NCBI GenBank assembly: GCA_020536535.1
Contig: JAHLWZ010000165.1
Coordinates: 28,361-92,360 of the forward strand
Direction of reading: 5' to 3'
From: Pelomyxa schiedti
Taxonomy: Eukaryota > Protista > Evosea
DNA: 64,000 bases
Made by a program: the position numbers and the translations under genes. The notes under the pieces were generated by a model. The model was not told the origin of the DNA, did not search any database, and saw only the letters and a list, made by a program, of their open reading frames with translations. Below are positions 50,601 through 63,599 of this stretch, piece after piece (the first letter of the stretch is position 1; each line of letters starts with the position of its first letter).

Positions 50601-51892
50601 TGGATATAACCTCTTTTCTCTGACTCCATGTATTGTAGCACTAATTTGAAAATATCATAGCGAATGTCATTGTGCAATTCAATTTCTCTTTGAGAACTTT
50701 CTTTCATTCCACTTGTCAGCATGGATCTTTTTGTGAGAATGAGAACACACAGGTTAGGGAAGGGTTTTTATACCTGAAATAGAAGTTACCCAGAATTTTT
50801 ACTTTGCTGACAGTGATTCTCTTGCCTTCTACAACAAAAACGACAGTACCGCTTTCACCTCTGGGGCTTAGCCCTGAGTAGCTGTTGCTGGTGCATAAAC
50901 CACCTGCCTCATTTCGATCCAGCCAAGCCGGTAGCTGATGACACACATCTCCAATGTCAGATGAATTCAGTGTGCCGGAGTATGAAGAAAGAGGGGCCCA
51001 GCCACTTTTTTTCAACTTGAGTATGTTATTCAATGTCGGGTTATTCCACTTCCAATGACATTCATACCTGTTTTTTATTTTTGTATGGCATCATACTTGC
51101 ACCCTTGTCTCTATCCACATGGATCCACAACCTGGAGCTGTGAACCCCAATGACCGTACCACTCCTCTTGCTCTTTGAATTGTACACCCTTGAGCCACAA
51201 GCAACCCCAAACAGGTGCACACAAGCACCCAAGTCAAACTGGACAACAGAACCACTGTTTGTTATATATCTCCCAACCATCTTCCCAGGACTCCCACCAC
51301 CACCACCACCACCACCACCACTTCCATTACTAGTGCAGTTGCTTCCGCCATTGGCAGTTGCACTTGCATTTACAGTTGCAGTTGCGTTTGCGTTTGCATT
51401 TACATTTAGATTTACATTTGCCGTCCCACAATTGGCTGTGCCGTTCCCGGTTGAGTGGTGGGAAATAGCGAGGCCAGTGACCAGGCCCGAGACGACGCCC
51501 GCGAGGCTGCTGTTGGCCCGGCGGTGGCCGTGGCCCGACGACGACCTCGACGAAGACGACGATGCGTGGTAGTGGTGCAAGCTGCTGCTGCTGCCGCCGC
51601 CGCCGTGCACGTGTCCCCCGGGAGGCGTGGGGCTCGGGCTGGGGCTTGGGCTGCTCCTCCCGTGCACGCCGTGCATGTGCATGTGCGCGTGCCCGCCGCT
51701 CCCACCTCCTCCGCCTGCGGGTTGAGCTCCGAAGGCCCCAGTTCCACTGGCCATGATTGCGGCGGCGTCGCTGGGGCTGGTAGGGGGAGGGGAGGCGCCG
51801 GAGACGGGGGGCTCGTGCTGCTCAAGGGACATGGGGGCTGGGGATCTGTGATGACACCCTCCCCCTCCGGTGGCGCTCGCTGTGTTGTTCAT
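47606..51892 (-). CDS. BTB/POZ plus ankyrin-repeat protein
   Basis: N-terminal low complexity and GTVIGVH..LWIHVD module; BTB (VVFVVEGKRI..MLTSGMKESSQREIEL..FKLVLQYM); ankyrins GNTALHI, GNTPLHI, GETLLHM, GDAPLHL, DTPLHLA. Exons are joinable by introns. Confidence 0.8.
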
Positions 51893-52289
51893 TATTATTT
51901 TCGGGTAACCGCCGATCACTTCTTTTGATTTGATGTGATGTTCTTGTTACAGGAGGAAACAATTACAGAGTGCCAACACATCCGTGAAGGATCCACTTGT
52001 ACAGCCAGTTTATACGCACCAAGGCGACCAACCAAAAAAAAAAAGCATTTCAATGACAAGGAGACGAATGAGAGACTGGCACCAAGCTGGTTTCACAGGA
52101 ACTTCGGCATTAAGGTCCTCCGTTAGCCATTATTCCCAGCCCCCCTCCCTTGGCTCCTTTGTCCAACCCGAAAATTCCTTCTTTTTCGTTTTTGTGTACC
52201 TCTCGGATTCTCTCCGACCGATCAATTATGGGTTCAAAAAAACTTTACGGACTCGTAGGCGAACCGCGCCACCCTGTAACAAATGCCAA

Positions 52290-54008
52290 CTACTGCGGCA
52301 CACTTTGGAACTTGTATTTTTCCTTCATCAACTGAGTATGAATCACCAAGGTAAAGGGGAGTCTCATTGGGCAACCAACGAAGTGGGTGTAAGCAACCCT
52401 GTTGAGAGGCTGGGGGATGGCATCATACAGCAGCTTGATGTAGTGCATGACGGCCAGAAATGGACTGGACTGCGCTGTCCAGCCCTCAGGTGAATGCCAA
52501 TTGTCAATGCTAAACACTGCCACTTGGTGACATTTTCTTTCTGTAGGAAGAAGGGGGCCACTCCCACTGGATTATAAGCCCGTGTATGATGAACACTACA
52601 CTAGCTCTCGCTTGCAGGCTTGGAAAGCTGCACAGTGCAGTATCTCGTGGATTCGCTTGGTGTGAGCCCAGCCACCAACTATCCAATATTCGACGCTCTG
52701 GCAAGCACAACTTCGGTGGTGTCACTCTGGCTTGCCAGAGTGTCGAATATTGGATAGTTGGTGGCTGGGCTCACACCAAGTGAATCCACAAGATACTGCA
52801 CGATGTGCAGCTTTCCAAGCCTGCAAGTGAGAGCTAGTGTAGTGTTCATCATAGGATCACAGAACTTCTTGCTGTGGTGCACACTGCTCTTCAGGGTGCT
52901 GGGCCAAGTAAGTCTGCACTCACACAGACTTGTATTGTTTGGAAAGCGGAAGAAGGTAGTTCCTTGACACACAGGCTGTGATTGTGTACTCGTGCATCCT
53001 TGCACTCTGTGCCACAGTGGCTGCCAAATTCAGCAAGGGAATGGCGCAGTTCTCTTCAAATGGTGTGGATTCGAGCCACTCTCCAACCCATCTTGTCAAG
53101 CATGTATCAACAGAAACACCACATGCATCTCTGAATTTGGAACTCATGGAGAGAGAATCATCACATCATGCCAACAATTGTTTCAACCAAGTTCTGTGCC
53201 ACAGTGCGCCCTGCGGCTGTGGTGATACTGATGAAGCGCTGTACAGATTCGCTGTGACCGTCAGAACAGGGCAGCAGGGCCAAAAGGAATTTCTGCACAA
53301 ACTCTTTGAAGTCATATCTCGAACGGATATACACCTCTTCGTCTTCATCCATCTCATAAGCTTGGTTGTCAGATATCCTGTGGCAGATGTCCTGCGCAAT
53401 GTCCAAGCAAGACAACATATCTTCGGCATCATCATCGAAAGTAGTAGGGTTCTCAGCTCCCTGTTGGGTTGGAAGAAACAGAGCAATGATGGTATTAGAA
53501 AAAGGCTATGTGTGACAAAATAATGAACAAAACAAAGCAAAATGACTCAAATAAATGAAGAAGGAGGCAAGCAAGTAATTGAGTAAGCAAGCAAGAAGCA
53601 CGGAATATAATGCCACATGCCTGCGGTTGTGTATACTCCACGAGGTGCCAAAGCTTCTTGACCCTCTGCAAGTCCCCCAAAGGCATGACAGCTGCCAATC
53701 TCTTTGGATCGAAATTCAAGTGTTTGATTTCACTGAGAATCGTTCTCTTTGTAGTCGGTATGTGGCACGCAAAATCCATGGGTTGCACGTGATCCGTGCT
53801 GTTCTTCTTGTTCTGTCTCTGACTCAATTTTACCAACTCCGTCGTCTTCACGCACCAAGGAGTCGTGCCGTTGCTGCTGCTGAGGCTGTGCCTGGGAGTA
53901 CTCGTGGTTGTACCCGACGACGCTCGACGGCGTTGGCGTGGTGGTTACTGCGATCGGGGCGGCCGTACCAGTTGACGTCGTAGATGCACCATCATTATCC
54001 CCTTCCAT
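52290..54008 (-). pseudogene. Ankyrin / HxRxG-family pseudogene (paralog of 1-726)
   Basis: Frameshifts near 53.8, 52.95 and 52.46 kb, in-frame TGA at 53161, and an inverted insertion at 52585-52706. Confidence 0.75.
52585..52853. repeat. Fold-back inverted duplication inside the pseudogene (122/124-nt arms, 23-nt loop)
   Basis: 52585-52706 equals the reverse complement of 52730-52853 except four substitutions and one 2-nt indel. Confidence 0.95.
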
Positions 54009-54369
54009 TGCCTTTCCCGCAGCACCAACACAGCCGGCCACAATGATGAAAAAAAAAAAAGGGTTAGAAAAGGAAAAGAGAAACAAGACTTAATGGCAGA
54101 CCATTAGATCTGTGGGATTGGTACCCTTGTCGCCCAGCAATGTAAACACAAGAATAGAAAGGGGAACAAGGTTAAGGTTTTATTTAACTCCTTTGTTATG
54201 TTGGTGGTTGGTGTAGTTATAGGCTGAGTCACACTCTGAGTATGTTTCCCAGAGATCCAAATCAGAAGACCTTCCGCGAACAATCAACGGTCCATTCTCA
54301 CAGATCCATATGGGTCAAGTGCTCCTCATCAGCCCAGGTTCGAATTTTGTTCTTTCAAATCAAACGACA

Positions 54370-55648
54370 ATGTCTGGGCACAATGATGCTGACGGGGACG
54401 ACCCACACGACAAAAGTAAGAGACCAAGAACCGGTCAACGCACACAAGCAGAGCCACCACCACAGCCGCGGCCACCAGCATCCGGGGAGGCCAAACCGCC
54501 GAGGCACCCACCGGGCAACGCGGGGGCGGCGCGCCCGCCTCGGACTACGGGCCGCCTGCGAGACCCCAGGACGACCGCGACGTTCCTCCGTGCGCGGTGG
54601 GGGGCCACGAGAGGTGCGGCTGGCGCAGGGCGACGGCCGACGACGCCGCGTCGCCGTTGCCCCCCCCCCCCCCCCCCCCCCCCCGACCCAAACGCCAACT
54701 TCGGACCCAGACCCAGAACGACGACTGCGACAACAACCATGATTCTTGTGATGCAACAACTATCAGCGGCGGACTCGCCGGCAACAATTATGGGTTGGCG
54801 GTGCGCCTCGTGTGGGAGTTCGCGAGTCTTCCGGGGACTGTGATGCTCTTCAGTGTGTCGGTCATGTCCGGGCCGAGGCAGTGGAAGCAACAGTCCAGTG
54901 CATTCACTTTTGGCGTTTCAATGCTGACCCTTGGCATCGTTTCAAGGCACGTCAAGTGTTGCTGGCTTGACTGCGGAATCGACGGTGCCTCTGCCCTGAT
55001 TGGTGGAAACCAGACACACTTCGTGGCAAGGGATTGGATCCCCGGCTCCGGAAGCATGGCCGCTCTGTTGAATGGAGACGTTGTGTTTCACAGTTGGAAG
55101 GCACCAGCCGAGTCTGGCATTTTCCCTCTCACCAACGTAAGCACCAGACTGAAGCGGAGGGGGCACCAGCTTTCGTTGTCAAGCTGGAGTGCAACGACGA
55201 TACAACAGACTTTATCCTGCAGTTCAGGGCATCATCGCCGTCATCTCCTCCCGGTGCTGCTGCTGCTGCTGAACCGACGAAACCCGTGGGAACAGCCAGG
55301 TTCGGCAGAGACGAAGAGAGGGTGGGCCAGATAAACGAGAGGTTGTATTGTGTGACCCACTTGCCAAACACGCTGACGATATGGGACTGCAACAACCCGG
55401 CACGCCCGATGAGGATCGTGGACCACGCTCCGTGCTGCGGGCTGGTGTTTGGTCACTCTGGATTCCTGTTCCACGTGAGAAGCAACAGCATCACTGTCAC
55501 TCCTGCTTATGATGATAATAAGGATGATGATTACCCTGGTGATGCCCTTCCTCCTCCTGACCGCGGCACCACCAAGATAGCGATTTTGCTGCCGTGTGGC
55601 CGACGCAACCACCACCGGATCACTTCACTCTTCTCCTTTCTCTTGTGA
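54370..55648 (+). pseudogene. Lineage-specific family gene (GHERCG motif) with frameshifts
   Basis: Coding-like text moves across ORFs 54310, 54597 and 55034 without evident introns; long poly-C run at about 54660-54684. Confidence 0.5.
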
Positions 55649-55856
55649 TTTGAGAGAGTCCACTTTGACATGCACCCAAAAAAACTGCTCCACCTGTGGC
55701 ACTCAGTCCAAACAAAACACATTTTCAAACCAAAAGGTTTTTCTTTTTGAATTCAGAGTGGAAGCCGGGCACTGTGACACCTGAATGCAACAATCCACCT
55801 TGGCCTACGAGTTTACCCTTCGTTATTCCCTGTTCCCCCGGTTTTTTTTCTGTGAA

Positions 55857-55912
55857 GGGCGTTTAGCTCAGTGGAAGAGTATCTGACTCCAGATCAACCC
55901 CCATAACGCTCG
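55857..55912 (+). tRNA. tRNA-Trp(CCA) with ~17-nt internal deletion (probable pseudogene)
   Basis: Acceptor GGGCGTT/AACGCTC, D-arm GCTC-AGTGGAA-GAGT, anticodon arm TCTGA-CTCCAGA-TCA joined directly to T-arm remnant ACC-CCCAT. Confidence 0.85.
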
Positions 55913-55915
55913 TAC

Positions 55916-55925
55916 TTTTTTTTTT
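55916..55925 (+). terminator. Pol III oligo-T terminator
   Basis: T10 run three nt after the tRNA discriminator base. Confidence 0.6.
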
Positions 55926-55935
55926 CTTTGTGTGT

Positions 55936-56798
55936 TCAGCCTTCTGGCAGCTGTTGGTAGTGAACGTTGTGATGATTCCAAAAGGTTTTCAGGTCCCGGA
56001 GGGATATTGTGGTTGTGGCACAGCATGTCATTGGGTGTACGTGCACGTACTCACAAGAAAGAAGTTTTGGGTCCAGTAGAAAGAACACTTGCCTGTAAGT
56101 GTCACATGCGATGCAAAACGGATTCAGTGAACCCTCTGCCACTTTGAGATGTTTCTGTGGGTTTTTTTTATTATGATTATTGTGTTGTTGTTTTTTTTGG
56201 TGCGCAGTTACTCTTTTGAAACAGGTGTGGGAACAACCAGATTATTGAAGGAAACCCACCTGTAAAAGCTCAGCAGAAGCAAACCGGAAGAAGTCTTTAT
56301 TCACCAAATGTAGTTGCCTCTGCACATTTTGCAAGCTCACCTACAACCAAACTATCAACCCAACACAAGGAAGGAGGCACCCACAATCCCAACACGCCAG
56401 CGTGTCCCGAGATTCATATTCACATCCACCCCCCGACACACACCAAGCACCCATAATCACAAAACCACCACAGGCACAGCCAGACCAGACCAGACCTGAG
56501 TGTCGACCAGCGCCGACACGAGCACCAGCGTCGCGGTCCTCTTGGAGCACAAAAACAGGTTCTTCACCCTGCCGACGCCGTCGTCGACCGGCAGGAACTT
56601 CGCGTGGTCGGCCACGGTCTTGGCGGCGTCGTGGGTGAAAGTGCGCGGAGCGTCGCGGTCGGCCCCGATCGCCGCGAGGTGCCTCTCGAATTCTGGCACG
56701 CTGCGCGCCCATAATGGCGCCTCGCTGTTGTCTGAGGTTGTTGTCGCCGGCTCGGCCGGGACGTCGACGACCGCTGGGTCCTCGGCGCTGGCGCTCAT
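55936..56798 (-). CDS. YbaK/ProX (PrdX, ProXp-ala-like) aminoacyl-tRNA deacylase
   Basis: VKNLFL (conserved Lys), RFASAELL, GSLNPF, LLDPKL, HPMTCCATTTIS..DL; two introns. Confidence 0.85.
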
Positions 56799-56856
56799 TT
56801 TCGTTGGCGAAACGCGAAGGGACAAGAACAAACAATGAGAACTTTTTTGTTGTTGA

Positions 56857-59800
56857 TCAACCAAGTTGGGTGGTGGTGATGAAAGGTGACAGGGACTGAA
56901 GGCAGGAGGAAATGGCGGCGTCGATCTCGTCTGGAGTTGCTAGGTGCGTGGCAAATAGAAATGTCGAACAGGCATAGAGCATGTTTTCAATCACAGTAAA
57001 TGGAGGTCTTTGGGATTCTGTGTTTTGTTTTTTTAGAGGGTGGAATCAGGAGTGCGGTTGGGGAGTTGTGCGATGGTTTCGTGGTTTTTTTGGTTTTTTT
57101 GTCTTTTTGTCTTTTTAGTACCAAGAATCGAAAGACAGGACTGATTGATGGTTTCAAGTATTTGACAACAGGTTTGCGGGAAAGCTGTGCCAAACTCGGA
57201 AAGGAAGGAGGCGGTTGCCTTGAGGCAAGCATTCTTCCTGTCCAGGCACTCCACAACTACAATATCACTGATTTCTCCGCAAAGACGTTCTATCTCTACA
57301 TTGGTGTGAGCAATTCCCTTGTGTGAGAAAAGAAAAAAGTGACAAGCGCACCAGCGGCTTCAATGGGCGTTGACTGCCTTTGCTGCTGATCGAGGAAGGA
57401 TATGATTTGAGTTGTTGTGCGGCGCACGTTAACGGCCGAATCAATTTTTCCTTGTATGGTTTCACTCAAGAGAATTCCAAACGCCCAGATATCTCCTGGA
57501 GAAGCCCTTTAGAGTGGGGATAGAAGAGTTTGCGAGAAGACCTTGAATGGAATAATACGGAGTGTGCATCTGGGGTGCCATGTAGAAAGGAGTTCCTGCT
57601 CCGCAAGTTTGGCCGCTGTCTCGCATGTGTGCAGGAGGAATTTGACATGCAATACCTGAATGGTAGTTCGTTTGGGTTGTTAAGTTCAGGGATCTTAACC
57701 AAAATCGGCAATCTTTGGGGTGCCAGTTGAGTCAAGGAGCACGTTGTTGCTGGACAGATCTCGGTGCATATAATTCTGTCTGGTTTTTGGTGGTTTTCAA
57801 GCTGCTGAAATTAATCTTTTGCTGTAATACCTGTGCAGTGCACTCATTCCCTTGGATATTCCCAAGGCAAGGGCAACGAATTCTTGAAAACACAATCGTT
57901 TCTTCAATTCGCATAAGATTGGGTTAGAATTATGGCGAAAAGAACCTTGGAAAGAAGTTGTCTTAAATTGCACTCCATAAGTTCGGACACAATCCACAAT
58001 GATCCTGAGCGAGTTTTACAGGTGCCGTAACAGCCAAGGATATTTGGGTGCCGAAACCCAGCAAGAATCTTTTTTTTTTCTCCTTGGTAAAAAGACATGC
58101 ATGGTTACTTGGAGAGTACCTTTGCTTCCTTCATAAACCGCGCCACATTGTACTGGGATGTTAGTACTTCATGCAGTGCCTTGACGGCAACAGGCTTCTG
58201 TATAGGAAGGTACATGCACTTGAAAACAACTCCGTATGATCCAGCCCCAAGGCTGGATATGAGTGGCAAATCAGACTCCTTGATCGTCAGCACTGGCTTG
58301 ATTGTCACTTTTAACAGAGGAATCTCATCCTCCAGGTACTGACTCAGCGTGAAGAAGGGAGATAGTGCTATCTCTTTGTTGTGTGTGACCATAAAGACTA
58401 TCTGCTCGTTTTCGTCCACTCCGAACCGTTTTTGAATTGTCATCTTCACCACCTTCCGGTTTGTTGGTTGGAATTGCATGATAGAATATACAACATAACC
58501 TTTTCTAGGGGGCATTCGCGGCAGACAACTTCAGTGAGTCTGCTGTCCTGTCCTTCCAGTATAATGCAAACAGAAGAGCGGGGACCACTTGAGAAATTGT
58601 CTTTCCAAATGCCTCCGTGTACGTGGTCCAATATATGGGTAACATCTATCGTTGCGTTACTGGAATATTTTGTTTGGGGGCGTTTTACTTACAGGTTGCC
58701 TGTTTCTCATCTTCCTGCCTTTGATGGTCTTCAACTGGAAAGAGATTAGCTTTTTTTTCCCCATTTTAGTGAGAGAACATACACATAACAAATTTTTGGA
58801 GATCTGGTTGGTTATAATTGTTAGTGAGAACTACATTCTTTCTCTGTGTAGTGTAGTGTTGTTACCTGCAGAAATTTCTGAGATTTTATTTGTAAGAACT
58901 TGCTGATGATCTCGCAAGACTTGATTTTCAATTTTTAATTGCTTAATGTTTGTTGTAAGGGAAGAAGAATTTTAATAACTGAAAGAGTACTAACCATTAG
59001 TTCGTATCTCATTTGCTTAACTACGTTTGGCTCTTCTTCACCTTCTTCACTGTTGAGAGCACTTTCTGGCTGAATGTTGGAGATTTGAATATGAAGACAA
59101 GGTAATGTGAGAATAAGGTGAGGTACTGATGAGGTGGTCACATGGATGTCTTGTGATGTACTTGTTATCTTTAAAGGTGAGGCCTCTGTATCCAGGAAGG
59201 CAAATAAATCGGAAACTGCGTGGGATTCAGCTAGGAGACCCTCAGGGAGAGGGTTCCCGGTCACTGGAAGAACAGTGTTAGTACAGAAACTAAAAAATAA
59301 CTTTGGATATACCTGAAATTGACGTCAATGAAGATAAGCAGGTCATAGACAAGGGCAGATTCAGCAAGAGATTGTTCCTAACTGATTGCAGGTAAAAATC
59401 TCAATGGATTCTTTTTGACAATTCTTACTGTCAAGGAATTTCAGACGCGTCAAGAGGGCGATTTGTTCTGGGAGAATTGATATCTGATTGAAGGCAACTA
59501 AAAAAAAAGTTATCTATAATACATAAGCACTGGAAAAAAACCATTTAACACTTCAAGGAACGGCAGGGAGCAAGTTTCAGTTGGGAAATGCCTTAAAAAA
59601 TTCCCTTGCACTGAAATACTGTTAATAGTCGAAACATAAGCCAACATCTACATACTGGAGAGGAAAGTAAGTGATGACAGTAAACTAATTTGACTGGGTA
59701 GTTCAACCAAGCCGTTGTCTCCAACTAAAAAAAAAGGGAGTAATTACATTGTAATCTTACAATGTACCATCGAGTTCAGTCAGTGATGTCAGACAAGAGA

Positions 59801-60960
59801 GTTCTATTGGCAAAGATGAAATACTGTTATGCTGCACTGATAGATGAAAAATGGGTGAGGCCAAGTAATCTTGAAAGAAAGGTGTGTACCGCAAAGACTT
59901 TGCAAAGATGAGAAGCCACCCAACGCTGGTAAGGCAGTGAACTTATTCCCCCAGCCTTAAATAAAATAAATAATCATCCAATAAAATAAGATGATGGCTT
60001 ACCAGATAAACTGAACAAATTTGATAAGCAGGAGACTTGCTGCGGTAAATCCATTAAAAGATTGTGATGAACTAGTTCACAGTGAAGAAGTTTAAAGTTA
60101 ATCTTGGAAAATACCTTTAAGCTCGATCAGAAGTACCAGTGAGCTTATTTGTGGTGGGATGGATACAAGTTGATTTCCCCAAACTGGAGTTTGTTTTTTA
60201 CTTTTGTTTGTTTAGCTTTTTTGTTAGTTAGTGGACGTTACCATCAAGGAAGTTCAGTGCTGCCAAGCAACTTATGCACTTTGGAATTTTTGTTAACTGG
60301 TTGCTCCCCACTGGAGACGCAAGACCATAATTATTAAGTTGGCTGCCGAAAACAGACGATGGTACCATTGAAAGAAGTCAATGCTGTCAAACAGCTTATT
60401 CCATGAGGAAGTGTGGTGATGATGTTCTGCTGAACTAATACTGAGTGATTTTTCATAAAAATGAAGTGGTTCTGTACTATCAAGGAATCTCAAAGACGTC
60501 AAGCAACTGATGCACTCAGGTAGTTCCCTCAATCTATTTCCCCCAACTTCTCATCAGTAAAAAAAAAAGACAGCTGTGTTATGCTTGGAAATTTACCACA
60601 AAGTGAAGTAAGAGACTTCAAACGCCCCAATTCGTGCGGCAGAGCACACAACTCGTTGTTCATCACTGCAAGTCAGCCGTGAATGAATCACCACATGAAG
60701 CAATTGGGATAAAACCAAGATCGAGACGAGAATACACACGATCTAACGCAGTAAGAGAGTTCAACTGTGATATTGATGGCGGGATCTCCACAATTCCTCT
60801 TCTCTGCCCTTTATGGTTTTTTTTTTTTTGTTAATTGCCATGGCCACAGCCAACCAATGCATTTTTGACAACATTGCAGAGCCGTTGACCCGTCCTTTTC
60901 TGCTATTCTCCTTTCAACTTCGGCATCAATCCCCAGCACTCCCTCCATCCCGTCCATCAT
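56857..60960 (-). CDS. LRR-containing TKL-type protein kinase
   Basis: LRRs (NELCALPHELGRLKSLTSL, NRLRELPECISCLTSLRFL); kinase GAGSYG, VAVK, HPNI, HRDLSSNN, DFG, GTPFYMAPQ, DIWAFG. Confidence 0.88.
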
Positions 60961-61271
60961 TTTGGCGTTTCGTCGACCAAGACTTGTTTCTCCCAGAAAA
61001 CCAGAAAGCGGGGAAATGCACCCCTTGTACGGAGACTAGGGATCATAGGAGACTGTCACGAAACCCTGAACCCCTCCATCACGAGACCCAAGGCAGGGTT
61101 CACCAACTTGATCTCTCTGCTTCTTTGAAGGGAAATGACCATTTCCAACCGCCGAAAACGATTGAAGATCGCGTCGGTTCCGCCAACAAACAACGCACCC
61201 CGGCGGCACACAACAACCATTCTCGGAGGGATGAGATCGGTTGTTACAACAGGCCACCTCTCAAAACCGAA

Positions 61272-63200
61272 ATGTACAACGCCACCAACAGCGCGGCGGC
61301 TACTTCGACTTCGGCTTCGACTTCATCATCGACAGCATCGAGCAGCAGTGTGGGTTCCTTTTCGTTGGTGGTGTTCCCCATCGGAGTCTCCGTGGGCGAG
61401 GTCTCACAACTCGCCTTTTTCGGCACCTCCGGCACTGTTATTGCCCTGTGCGAGCAGCCTCATGACAAGTTCGTTGGGGCATTGACGCGGAGTGACGGTG
61501 ATCCACGCTGCGCCGGGTCTTCTCCTGGAATCAGTTCAGATGCCCATGTTGGCTATAAGAATGCTTTTCAGTGTGTGTGGAAATTGGAACTGAAGGGTGT
61601 GTGGGCCTTCCATTTATAATGTACATAGTTAATAACTGCAAATTGAAACTTGGGAGTTATTTTACTCTTTGGGGGTGGCTCAAATGGAGACTTTCCTAGG
61701 GACAGGTTGTCGTGTTACAAGTGTTGCACTTCACAACAATGTTCTATTTGCTGGGACATACGGGCACCTTTTTGCCATCAATCCGGTTGTTGGAACAATT
61801 TTGTGGCATGTAAAACCAACAGGTCTGTCTGCCTTTTTTTCTCTATTTGATGGCTGGGAAGAAATACTGACTGACGCAGGCCATGCGCGCAGCTCAGGAA
61901 TGGCCATTGACTTCATGAGTGACAAATTGATTATAGGGAGCGAGGGCTATGTGTCTTGTATTTCTTGCATTGACGGACATGTTCTGCTACTCTAACCCAC
62001 AAAAAAAAAAGTTTCTTTTCTCACTTTTCTCCAAAGGAAGTCTGGACAACCAGCCTTCCAAGAACGAAGTACTCGGAGGTCAACATGATTCTTCAAGATG
62101 ATGCCATTTACGTGGGAAGCTTTTCTCGAGTTTTTGCGTTGAGGACAGATGGCTCAGTAATGTGGTCCACCGACTTGGGACTGTTTATACATAATTCTCC
62201 TGTACGATTTTAACCTCTTTATGGGACTTGCATATGGCTGACAATTTGAAAGGTAACCCTTTCTTCGGTGACTGGGAGTACTGAAGAGAATTCCCTATTA
62301 GTTGGTAAAATTGACCTGAAAAAAACCCTTCCAAAACCGTATAATAGGCTGCAATGGGTATCTCTACACCGTCAGACCGTCCACAGGAGAGGTTCGCCTC
62401 TCAATACTCTCCCGTAGGTTTTTATCGTCCTCAGATTCTAATGGAAACTTCTCTCCCAAATACTGGTTTCCACATTGTGACACTATTAGTTGCCGGGATT
62501 CCACAGTCACTGCACCATTCCGTTTACATAAGTAAGAAGAATTCTTGTGTGCGCTCTCTTAATTCAACAATCAAACAGGCACAAATGCTTCATTACTCCG
62601 GTGTGATGCGGTGACCCATGAAATTTTATGGCAAACACCACTCAGAATAAGAGGTGTTTTCCTCTCTGGTGAAGGGGATGGAATTTACTTATTCCTTTCA
62701 GACCGGTTGGATCAGATTCCTGAAGGGAGTTGTATCACATCGATTCCGAACCTACAAAATGGTGGTGGAAAAAGCATTGTTGTTGGAGTAAGTGGATGTG
62801 TTACGTGCGTGTGCCGCCACGGGGGTTGTTCCATGGTCAATAGGACTTCCCATCATACGGACTGGATTTGTCAATGTGAATTTTCAAATGGGCAAGTTGT
62901 TTGCTTCTTCTTGTGGAACAACCTTCACTCTTGATCCCCTCAATGGTAAATGGTGTTGATAAATGTACCCTTTTCACTTTGCCAAAACGCTACTTGACAG
63001 GTTGCGTTTTATCTGAGGATGTACTTGAGGATGCTGCTGGCATCAAGCCAGTATTTTTTTGCTCCGCAACTAACCCAGTTCCAAATTATTCAGCTTGCAC
63101 CATGATTCCCAACTGCAACCGTCCAGTATGCCCTTTTTTTTTCTTTTCTTGTTGCTTCCTCCCCCTCACACAACAAAAGAGGACACAGACCTTTTTTTGA
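61272..63200 (+). CDS. PQQ-like (BamB-type) beta-propeller protein; end uncertain
   Basis: Repeats such as LFAGTYGHLFAINPVVGTILW, IYVGSFSRVFALRTDGSVMW, LIIGSEGYVSCISCIDG..W. Confidence 0.7.
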
Positions 63201-63599
63201 CACAAAAGTGAAACACCCTTGTTGTTGCTGTTGTTTTCCAGCAGCCAGAACAGACAAAAAAAAAAGAAAAAATTATCTTCATTGGGCATTGATGTGACTG
63301 AGTCCACGGCAACTTAGGCATCCGCATCCTCCATCCTCCGTGACTCTCGTCACCCACAGTGCACTGGGTTTCCCTGCTGTTCGGGATACAGGATACAAAA
63401 AGGGAAATCTTCACAGTTTCTCGGTCTTTGTCAAGAACTATGCGCGATCCCTTCCTCTGTTTCGGCACACCTTTGTGTACTGTAGCTGCGGTTCCTGATC
63501 AGTCTTCCCTTCACCCCCAGAACCGCAGGTAACACCAACTTGGCCACACTTCAGCTTTCTGTTTATCGCCGTTTTGGGTACCTTACCGAAAGAGTGGAC

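Noticed and set aside
46119-52853. Fold-backs as simple whole-genome-amplification chimeras
   Set aside because: Arms have diverged by patterned transitions and indels, whereas fresh chimeras should be identical. Not fully excluded for the 52.6 kb case.
53161-53163. In-frame TGA as stop-codon reassignment
   Set aside because: It occurs only in frameshifted relics, intact genes end in TGA, and the tRNA-Trp has a standard CCA anticodon.
54660-54684. Poly-C run as a programmed frameshift or G-quadruplex switch
   Set aside because: It reads as poly-Pro, homopolymer length is error-prone, and the visible frameshifts lie elsewhere.
55857-56798. Functional link between the truncated tRNA and the adjacent ProX deacylase (23 nt apart, convergent)
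   Set aside because: ProXp-ala-type enzymes edit tRNA-Pro rather than tRNA-Trp, and such tight spacing is common in this window.
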